From a virus (Duplodnaviria; Caudoviricetes), in IMG/VR virus record IMGVR_UViG_3300048597_000189, positions 1 through 41,683 of that record: a DNA stretch of 41,683 nt. One strand, 5' to 3'. Below are positions 1 to 6,305 of the stretch, piece by piece. The notes beneath the pieces were generated by a model. That model saw only the letters and a list, made by a program, of their open reading frames with translations. It searched no databases and was not told where the DNA came from. The translations under genes were made by a program, and so were the position numbers. Position 1 is the first letter of the stretch. The number at the start of each line of letters is the position of its first letter.

Positions 1-121
1 TTAAATTAACCATGTCGGGGCTGAATACGCTGGTTTTTCTGTCGGTGGCCCATGGCTGATCTCGCCCTGTCGCAAAGCCGCCGCAATCTCGGGTCTGACG
101 AATTTCACGTCTGGCCGGGTC

Positions 122-126
122 TCACG
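122..126 (+). repeat. 5-bp target-site duplication, left copy (TCACG)
   Basis: TCACG immediately precedes TG at 127 and immediately follows CA at 41584; a 5-bp duplication is the Mu signature. Confidence 0.93.
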
Positions 127-174
127 TGTAGCGCGACGGATCAAGTGGCCAGCCGCGACGGATCAAGTGGCCAG
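127..174 (+). repeat. Phage end equivalent to Mu attR: terminal inverted repeat with two tandem transposase-binding sites
   Basis: TGTAGCGCGACGGATCAAGTGGCCA at 127-151; CGCGACGGATCAAGTGGCCAG occurs identically at 132-152 and 154-174 (22-bp period, like Mu R1/R2). Confidence 0.9.
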
Positions 175-183
175 GTTTTTGAA

Positions 184-423
184 ATGCGTCGGCAGGGTTC
201 AACCACGATTGAACAGGTGGTGAAGGACAGGCACAATCGTCTCATGCGGATACGTCGCAGAGAGAGCAGGAAGCGCCGAGAACCTATCCTGGACGCTCGC
301 GCTCGACAGGCGGCCATCACGCGCAGGCTGATCTTGGTGGCCGCCGCTCTGGCAGGAGCGACGGCCGCGATGGTCGTGTTGCGATGGCGCTATCTGGCTA
401 CGCTCATCTGGCCTGACGGCTGA
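184..423 (+). CDS. Putative small membrane protein (basic N-terminus, C-terminal hydrophobic helix)
   Basis: In-phage part of ORF 52..423; Arg-rich stretch followed by LILVAAALAGATAAMVVL; start uncertain. Confidence 0.35.
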   Translation: MRRQGSTTIEQVVKDRHNRLMRIRRRESRKRREPILDARARQAAITRRLILVAAALAGATAAMVVLRWRYLATLIWPDG

Positions 424-631
424 GGCCGAGGACCAGCGTCCCGTCGTCCACAAGACAAGCCCGCAACGCTTTGCCGCTCGTCGCGAGCAAGAATGTCAGC
501 AGCACATGTCGGCTGTCCGCATCCATGTCCACGTGATCGGCGAACAGGTCGGCCATCCATTCCAAGATATGGGCGGCCTCTATGTCCTGGCCTGGCCCAC
601 GGCCAGGGGAGTGGGCGAGTAGCGCGCTCAT
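404..631 (-). CDS. Hypothetical 75-aa protein downstream of luxI
   Basis: ATG lies 3 nt after the luxI stop; globular-looking composition. Confidence 0.55.
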   Translation of the reverse strand: MSALLAHSPGRGPGQDIEAAHILEWMADLFADHVDMDADSRHVLLTFLLATSGKALRACLVDDGTLVLGLSRQAR

Positions 632-634
632 GCT

Positions 635-1234
635 TCACCCCACCTTACTGAATACAGCTGGCTCCGCCATCTCGCGGAGCCGCGCCAGGGTCAGCACGTC
701 GAACCGAGCCGTGACCGCCAGGACATCGCGGCCTTCCATGCGATGCGGCAGACCGAGCGGCGTCACCCGGAAATGCAGCTGGACGAGCCGGAGGAGCCAG
801 AGCGGGTCCATCTCGATGATGATGGTGTCAATGGCGCGGGGCAGGCCCCATTCGACGATGCCGGTCAGCAGCGACAGGGCCACCGGCGAGAGCTTGCGCC
901 CACGCTCGCGGTGTTCAGGCAGGACGCAGTAGCGGGTCCACTCCCAGATATGGTCGCCGATAGGGCGTTCGCCCTCGCAGAGCTGGGGCAGCACATCGGA
1001 CAGGAGATGTGGGCGAGTCGAGGGCAGCATGCGCTGGTAGCCAAGGACGCGCCCGCCTTCCACATGCAGCATGTGCACGGCGCGGTCGTCGTCGAACTGG
1101 TCGATCTCCAGACCATCGGACCGTCGAAGGTCCTCCCAGCCCATCTCCTCCACGAACACTCGATGACGCAACGCATGGGCCTGCCGCATGAGATCGCGAT
1201 GCTGGCCGAGGGACTCTGACGTGACGATGAGCAT
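635..1234 (-). CDS. luxI: LuxI-family acyl-homoserine-lactone synthase
   Basis: Conserved motifs LRHRVFVEEMGW, EIDQFD, RMLPSTRPHLL, WEWTRYCV, TPLGLP; AGGAGG SD at 1244-1249. Confidence 0.96.
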   Translation of the reverse strand: MLIVTSESLGQHRDLMRQAHALRHRVFVEEMGWEDLRRSDGLEIDQFDDDRAVHMLHVEGGRVLGYQRMLPSTRPHLLSDVLPQLCEGERPIGDHIWEWTRYCVLPEHRERGRKLSPVALSLLTGIVEWGLPRAIDTIIIEMDPLWLLRLVQLHFRVTPLGLPHRMEGRDVLAVTARFDVLTLARLREMAEPAVFSKVG

Positions 1235-1290
1235 GATGTCGTGCCTCCTGATGCCGAACGGATAGGACTATCCTCCGGGCGTCAGGACGC

Positions 1291-1316
1291 GGCTATGACA
1301 TGATCATGCCATGGCC
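1291..1316. promoter_or_regulatory. Candidate LuxR-binding palindrome upstream of luxI
   Basis: GGCTATGACATGATCATGCCATGGCC, 26-bp imperfect palindrome centred about 70 bp upstream of the luxI ATG; -10-like GATAGT at 1272-1267 on the minus strand. Confidence 0.5.
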
Positions 1317-1321
1317 CCGCG

Positions 1322-2035
1322 TCACTCGACCAGACGCAGTCTCAGGGCCTCGGCGACAAGCTGCGCGCGGCTCGAAACCCCGAACCGCGTGTGGAGTGCG
1401 CGGACATGGTTGTTCGCGGTGTCGTCGGCGATGCCAAGGATCGCGGCGATGTCTCCGGTCGTCTTGCCCGCCACCAGCCATTTCAGGACCTCGAGCTGGC
1501 GGGGCGTGATGTCCGGTGCGGGCCTGCGCGCGCTCAGGAGCAGGGTCTGGCCGATCGCGTATGTCGCCAGCAACGTGATCTTGCCCAAGGCGCGCGGCGG
1601 CAGATCGAGGCGCTCGCCGGCCAGCGATAGGCCGATGATGCCGCCCTCCAGCGGGTGAAGAGGCACGGTGACGCCGTGACGCAGCCCGAAATCCCCTGCC
1701 TCGTCCAATACCCGCTGCTGGGCTTCGTCGTCCGCCTTGAGATCCGACCAGCCGAAGGGACCATGGGCATTGCGCACCGCCGAGATCGCCGGATCGATGC
1801 CGATATAGCCTCTTGCGAAATAGCGTTGCGCCCATTCCAGAGGCCAGCGGTCCATGATCACGCTGTCGCGGGCCTGTGTCGATGGCTGGGCGGCGTCCGG
1901 GATGAAGCCGCCCAGAAGCGCGCCGATGCCATAGTCGGAGCACAGATCGAGAAGCGTGGCGCAGACCTCGCCGACAGAGGCAGCCGCGTTCAGCCGCGTG
2001 ATCGCGTGCAGCGTGTCGTCAAACTCGTTCGCCAT
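1322..2035 (-). CDS. luxR: LuxR-family AHL-binding transcriptional regulator
   Basis: Autoinducer-binding residues W..RY....Y...DP, PFGW, GVTVP; C-terminal LuxR HTH (TPRQLEVLKWLVAGKT..DIAAILGI); SD GGAGG precedes MANEF at 2035. Confidence 0.95.
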   Translation of the reverse strand: MANEFDDTLHAITRLNAAASVGEVCATLLDLCSDYGIGALLGGFIPDAAQPSTQARDSVIMDRWPLEWAQRYFARGYIGIDPAISAVRNAHGPFGWSDLKADDEAQQRVLDEAGDFGLRHGVTVPLHPLEGGIIGLSLAGERLDLPPRALGKITLLATYAIGQTLLLSARRPAPDITPRQLEVLKWLVAGKTTGDIAAILGIADDTANNHVRALHTRFGVSSRAQLVAEALRLRLVE

Positions 2036-2088
2036 GCCCAGCCCCCTCCGCAGAGAAGACCGGGCGCGGCGGGATTGCAAGAATGACA

Positions 2089-3069
2089 TCACATGATGGA
2101 GGACTTTTGCCCTACGCGATTGGTCGCATCATGCGGTGCCGGATTCAGCTGTTCGGCCACCAAGTCGATCCGCGAGAGTGCGATACGCGAGCGCCGCAGC
2201 CAGGCTGACCACTCCGTTGCCGGCGCATCTGGTTCGGTCCAGCCGATGGGCCACCCCATGATCCAGTCCGTGAAGGCAGGGTTCAAGGGCAGGGCTCCGG
2301 CCGGCTGCCGCGTGCCAGCCCTGCAGATCAGATGGAGCGGGTGCGAATAGGGGTAGCTCTCGGGCGTCGGCCCCGGCCGGAAGCCCAGACACCGCGCCGC
2401 CATCCAGATCAGCGTCCAGCCCCTCGCCGCCTCCCTCAGCCCCACCTGATGGCCCGACTGGTCCGTGCGGGTCATCATGACGAGGCCCCGCTCGTCCAGA
2501 CGCCACTCGGTCTCGTTCCCGCTCATCCCGACCGTCGGCGTCGGCCAGGATGAAGAGCCGAACGCGCCAGTGCGCAGCGCCGACCTCAGCCGCCGAGAAC
2601 AGGCCCGCCTCGATGCGGTAGCCCATGCCCGATAATTCTCGGGCGACCACGTCGAAACCGAGATCGACATGGCCGAGCACGTTTTCGAGGAAGACCCGGC
2701 CGGGTCGGCACTCGCCGATGATGCGGGCGATGTCGGGCCACAAATGGCGCGGGTCGGCCTCGCCCTGGCGCTTGCCCGCCGAGGAGAATGGCTGGCACGG
2801 ATATCCCGCCGAGAGGATGTCGATGCGGCCACGCCAGGGCCTGCCGTCGAATGTGCGGACGTCGCTCCAGATAGGGGCGTCATGGAGCGCGCCGTCCCGC
2901 ATCCGCGCCGTGAGGACGCGCTGCGCGAATGCGTCCCGCTCGACATAGGCGAGCGTGCGGTAGGCTGGCTCCGCGATGGCGAGGCCGAGCTCGAGCCCGC
3001 CGACGCCTGAGCAGAGGGAGAGGCCGTCAAGCCGGCTGGCTGCGGGCCATGGGGTTGATAGATCCACAA
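2089..3069 (-). CDS. Overlapping alternative-frame ORF, probable beta chain of the C5 methyltransferase (target-recognition region/motif IX)
   Basis: 326 codons open across the whole MTase; contains WPTPT and LNPAFTDWIMGWPIGWT, which is motif IX-like and missing from the alpha frame. Confidence 0.65.
   Translation of the reverse strand: MWIYQPHGPQPAGLTASPSAQASAGSSSASPSRSQPTARSPMSSGTHSRSASSRRGCGTARSMTPLSGATSAHSTAGPGVAASTSSRRDIRASHSPRRASARARPTRAICGPTSPASSASADPAGSSSKTCSAMSISVSTWSPENYRAWATASRRACSRRLRSALRTGAFGSSSWPTPTVGMSGNETEWRLDERGLVMMTRTDQSGHQVGLREAARGWTLIWMAARCLGFRPGPTPESYPYSHPLHLICRAGTRQPAGALPLNPAFTDWIMGWPIGWTEPDAPATEWSAWLRRSRIALSRIDLVAEQLNPAPHDATNRVGQKSSIM
2129..3067 (-). CDS. C5-cytosine DNA methyltransferase (alpha chain)
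   Basis: Motif I LCSGVGG, motif IV GYPCQPFS, motif VI ENV, motif VIII-like HWRVRLFI, motif X AGNGVV; probable GTG start at 3067 after GGAG (alternative ATG at 3115). Confidence 0.92.
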   Translation of the reverse strand: MDLSTPWPAASRLDGLSLCSGVGGLELGLAIAEPAYRTLAYVERDAFAQRVLTARMRDGALHDAPIWSDVRTFDGRPWRGRIDILSAGYPCQPFSSAGKRQGEADPRHLWPDIARIIGECRPGRVFLENVLGHVDLGFDVVARELSGMGYRIEAGLFSAAEVGAAHWRVRLFILADADGRDERERDRVASGRAGPRHDDPHGPVGPSGGAEGGGEGLDADLDGGAVSGLPAGADARELPLFAPAPSDLQGWHAAAGRSPALEPCLHGLDHGVAHRLDRTRCAGNGVVSLAAALAYRTLADRLGGRTAESGTA

Positions 3070-3248
3070 GTGTCGTCTCCGTGACGCTCGATGCGGCGTT
3101 CGGATCGCGGCTCATCTGCCCTGGCGGGCGGCCTCATGACGTTGATGGACCGGCAGCGCCGGCACTTGATCTCTAGCCGATCCTGGATGGCCTGTCTGGT
3201 GGCCTTGAACAGCAATTGCCCGCAGCCGCATCGCACCTCCTCCATCAT
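3027..3248 (-). CDS. com: Com-family zinc-finger translational regulator
   Basis: EVRCGCGQLLFK...LEIKCRRCRSIN; overlaps the start of a DNA-modification gene, as in Mu com-mom. Confidence 0.88.
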   Translation of the reverse strand: MMEEVRCGCGQLLFKATRQAIQDRLEIKCRRCRSINVMRPPARADEPRSERRIERHGDDTCGSINPMARSQPA

Positions 3249-3249
3249 C

Positions 3250-4047
3250 TCAGCCGCCACCGCTGATGATCAGTTCGCGCGCCGGCGTGCCGTTGGCGAG
3301 CCCGACGCTGTAGCTGAGCTCGGCGTCCTCGATCCGCGCCCATGAGAACAGCTCGCGCAGCTCGGGCACGTCGTTGACGGTGAGGATGAAGCGGCCTTGA
3401 AGCCCCTTCAGAACGCCCGCCAGGTGCTCGAAATCCTCCCGTCCGAACAGGTCGCGCCCGTAATAATGCTCGGTGCCCCAATAGGGCGGATCGACGAAGA
3501 ACAGCGCCTCCGGACGGTCATAGCGGGTGATGAACTCGGCATAGGGCAGACACTCGATCCACACGCCGCACAGCCGCTCATGCGCGGCCTCGAGCAGCGG
3601 CACCAGCTTGGTGAGATCAAAGCGCGCCGGCTGGCCGGGCGCCGTGCCGAATGTCCGCCCCGAGACCTTGCCGCCGAAGCCGAGCCGCTGGATCTGGAGG
3701 AAGCGGGCGGCGCGCTCCAGATCGGTGAGCGTGTCAGGATCGGTCGCCATCAGCCGCTCGAAATCGGCGCGGGATGCGAGCCGCCATTTCAGCATGTCGA
3801 GGAACGGCTCGTAATGCCGCTGCAGGATGCGGAAGAAGGTGGCCACGTCCCGGTTGAGGTCGTTGACCGCCTCGACCTTCGGCCGGGCCGCACGGCGGAA
3901 GAACACCCCGCCCATTCCCACAAAGGGCTCGGCATAGAGCCCGTGCGGCGTCGCCTCGATCATCGGGGTGAGGCGTTTGGCGAGCTGGCGCTTGCCCCCG
4001 ACATAGCCCGCGACTGGCGAAACCGGCCTGACCTTCTGAGTGTCCAT
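3250..4047 (-). CDS. Dam-like (D12 class) N6-adenine DNA methyltransferase
   Basis: YVGGKRQLA, YAEPFVGMGGVFF, NDLN, FFVDPPYW. Confidence 0.95.
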   Translation of the reverse strand: MDTQKVRPVSPVAGYVGGKRQLAKRLTPMIEATPHGLYAEPFVGMGGVFFRRAARPKVEAVNDLNRDVATFFRILQRHYEPFLDMLKWRLASRADFERLMATDPDTLTDLERAARFLQIQRLGFGGKVSGRTFGTAPGQPARFDLTKLVPLLEAAHERLCGVWIECLPYAEFITRYDRPEALFFVDPPYWGTEHYYGRDLFGREDFEHLAGVLKGLQGRFILTVNDVPELRELFSWARIEDAELSYSVGLANGTPARELIISGGG

Positions 4048-4196
4048 CTTGTGCGCTTCCCCGAATCATCGCCTTGAGGGTGCCGCCGCCTTCGGGCGGC
4101 CGGCGGGCGATGTTTCGAGGTCTCGTCATCGGGCGGGGTTTGAGCTTGCCGGCATTGGCCCCGCTGCGGCTTTCGGGCCGCCCCGTCGTCTGCCCA

Positions 4197-4361
4197 TCAG
4201 TTAGCGAGATGACCCGCGCCCATCGCCTCGAACTCATCGTCGATGCGGCGCGGTTCGTCGGCGGTCGTGGCGGGCGATGTCGCCACCGCATGGATGGCGG
4301 CGTATTGCTCGATCTCGTCGATGCAGTCGGCCGCGCTCAGCTTCTCGTGGTCATCACCCAT
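4197..4361 (-). CDS. Small acidic hypothetical protein (54 aa, not in the ORF track)
   Basis: MGDDHEKLSAADCIDEIEQYAAIHAVATSPATTADEPRRIDDEFEAMGAGHLAN; GGAGG SD; overlaps the upstream stop. Confidence 0.45.
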   Translation of the reverse strand: MGDDHEKLSAADCIDEIEQYAAIHAVATSPATTADEPRRIDDEFEAMGAGHLAN

Positions 4362-4947
4362 TGCCGCCTCCCATCGCCTGCGCAGTCGCCATCACCTGCT
4401 CGCGAAGATCAGCAAGCACGGCGTCAATCTCCGTTGGCGTCGTGGCGGCGGCGATGGCGGCCTCGGCCTGCCGGCGCAGCCCTTGCTCGGCCACCATGAT
4501 CGCGCTGAATTGGCTGGCATTGGCGATCACGCTCGCCGCTATCTGCGCCAGCGTCACGCCGCGCGCGGCGGCGATCATCGCCAGCGTCGGCGCATCCTCC
4601 GGCCCGCCTCCGGCCGCCACGGCGCGCGCTTCGGCGGCCTGCGCCGGCCAACTGTCAACCTCGGCCTGCGTGTAGGCGTCGCGGATCGGGCGCGAGAGCC
4701 CGCCGATGATCGCCATGGCGCGGCTCACTGCGCCGGCCCGCAGCATTTCAATGGGCGGCGCGGGCGGGATGATGTCCTCGAAAGTGACCTTGTCGCCCTT
4801 GAACACCGCTCGGACCGAGCCGATGCGCGAGATGTCGAAATCATGAGGGGACGGGATGGCCCGCTGGCCGGGTGCAAGCCCGAAATCCCCCGACGCGGTG
4901 CCGGCAACCCGGCCATCGTCGTTGATGATGAGATGATCCATGGTCAT
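4354..4947 (-). CDS. Tail-fibre assembly/chaperone-like protein
   Basis: Follows the fibre gene with ATGA overlap; Y..AEVDSWPAQAAEARA...APTLAMIAAARG pattern typical of post-fibre proteins. Confidence 0.6.
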   Translation of the reverse strand: MTMDHLIINDDGRVAGTASGDFGLAPGQRAIPSPHDFDISRIGSVRAVFKGDKVTFEDIIPPAPPIEMLRAGAVSRAMAIIGGLSRPIRDAYTQAEVDSWPAQAAEARAVAAGGGPEDAPTLAMIAAARGVTLAQIAASVIANASQFSAIMVAEQGLRRQAEAAIAAATTPTEIDAVLADLREQVMATAQAMGGGNG

Positions 4948-6305
4948 GCCTCAATGAGTGCGTTGACGGCGACGCTCCAGCCGGTGATCTGCAGCGTGCC
5001 GCTGATGATGATCTGGCTGTCCACCCAATCATGCTCGGCGCGGATGGTGAGGCCGTAGCTCGTGATATTGAGCGGCGTCGCGACATTCGAGACGCCGGAG
5101 ACATACTGGAACACGAGCCCTGTCGTGTTCCTGACATCGCAGGTCGCGATGATCTTGTCTGGCACACGCGCCCAATTAAGGGCGGATTGAAAATTACCGA
5201 CCACATAGCCGCCGGCATCGAGCGTCACATTGTCCGCGCCCGAGACCCATGTCAGCGCCCACCCAATATTGCCGGTGGTCCGGGTGAACGCAGCGCGGAG
5301 CACCGCCTTGTTGGCGAGGGCGGTCAGCACAGGGGCCGAGCCGGCAGCACCCGTCACCACGCGGGCGAGCAGCACGTCCAGCCGCGTCGAGCGGAAGCCG
5401 CCCAGGGTCGCGGCGTTCGGTGTGCCGACCAACCCGCCCGGCGCGGCGTCGGTGTCCGTCCCGCGCTGGATGTAGACCTCCGGGACGCCCGCATTGAGCC
5501 GCAGCCGCACGAAATAGGTGCTGTTGGCCACAAGGTTGGCAAACGCTGCAGCCGGCAGGATGACGCGCCGCTGACGCCCCATTCCGCCACTCATGTCCTG
5601 CCCGAGCGTGACGATCTCGCCGCCCGTGACGGTGATCGATCCGCCATTGCCGGCCGACGCCCCGACGCTGATCGCGGCCCGCGCATCGGCGGTGTAGATT
5701 TCCGGGAAGGGCATCGACCCGATGGGCTGATCGCCTATCCCCACCAGATCCTCCGGCACTGTATAGGCGTTGACCTGCGCGCCGGATTTGACCTCTGCGG
5801 GCGTCGCGCGGCGGGCATGCCCGAAATCCGTCGTGCTGGCCTGCACCGGCGTCCAGGTCAGCGCGGTCAGCTGGCGCAGCTCACGCGCCGGCGAGGTCAC
5901 CGGCGTCGAGCGGTCGATGATCCGCGCGCCGAGCGGGAGCGCAGTGAACACCCAGGCCGCCCCGTTCCAGATCGCGAGCTTGCCGGCCTGCCCCGCCCAC
6001 GCGCCGCCTGCGCCTGCACCCACCAACCAGGTCTCGCCGGCGGCAGGGGCGCCCGGCACGGCGGCGGTCACGGAGATCACCGTCACGAACTCGCGCTGGC
6101 GCTGCAGGATGGTCAGCAGCTGGTCGCGCGCCGCCCCCAGGGGCAGACCGGAGCCCTCGATGGCGTTGGCCAGCTCCTCCTGGACGTCGTTCAGCCATGT
6201 GTCGATCAGCGGCGTTCCGGGTACGCCGGCGGCGGTGTTCTTGCCGCGGAAACCTTTCTTGCCGGGTGCGATGTCGATGGTGTTGGCGGTGTCGATGCGG
6301 CGCAT
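4944..6305 (-). CDS. Tail fibre protein (Mu S position) with DUF2793-like segment
   Basis: N-terminal PGT....WLNDVQEEL of Mu-type fibres; PGAPAAGETWLVGAGAGGAWAGQAGKLAIWNG; TGATG overlap with the upstream gene. Confidence 0.85.
   Translation of the reverse strand: MRRIDTANTIDIAPGKKGFRGKNTAAGVPGTPLIDTWLNDVQEELANAIEGSGLPLGAARDQLLTILQRQREFVTVISVTAAVPGAPAAGETWLVGAGAGGAWAGQAGKLAIWNGAAWVFTALPLGARIIDRSTPVTSPARELRQLTALTWTPVQASTTDFGHARRATPAEVKSGAQVNAYTVPEDLVGIGDQPIGSMPFPEIYTADARAAISVGASAGNGGSITVTGGEIVTLGQDMSGGMGRQRRVILPAAAFANLVANSTYFVRLRLNAGVPEVYIQRGTDTDAAPGGLVGTPNAATLGGFRSTRLDVLLARVVTGAAGSAPVLTALANKAVLRAAFTRTTGNIGWALTWVSGADNVTLDAGGYVVGNFQSALNWARVPDKIIATCDVRNTTGLVFQYVSGVSNVATPLNITSYGLTIRAEHDWVDSQIIISGTLQITGWSVAVNALIEA

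Noticed and set aside
6-13. TTAACCAT CtrA-like site in the host flank
   Set aside because: Outside the prophage and at the window edge; too little context.
132-174. Tandem 21-bp repeats as a CRISPR mini-array
   Set aside because: No spacers; they match the inverted copies at the other end and are transposase-binding sites.
52-183. N-terminal part of ORF 52..423
   Set aside because: Crosses the host-phage junction and the end repeats; a chance fusion.
2089-2560. C5 methylase as a frameshifted pseudogene
   Set aside because: Both frames are fully open and the alpha frame resumes with motif X, which fits dual coding better than a lesion.
2129-4047. Restriction-modification system
   Set aside because: No endonuclease nearby; these are orphan phage methylases in the mom position.
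4197-6305. Invertible tail-fibre segment (gin/G) or diversity-generating retroelement
   Set aside because: No invertase, reverse transcriptase, inverted second fibre or template/variable repeat pair seen.
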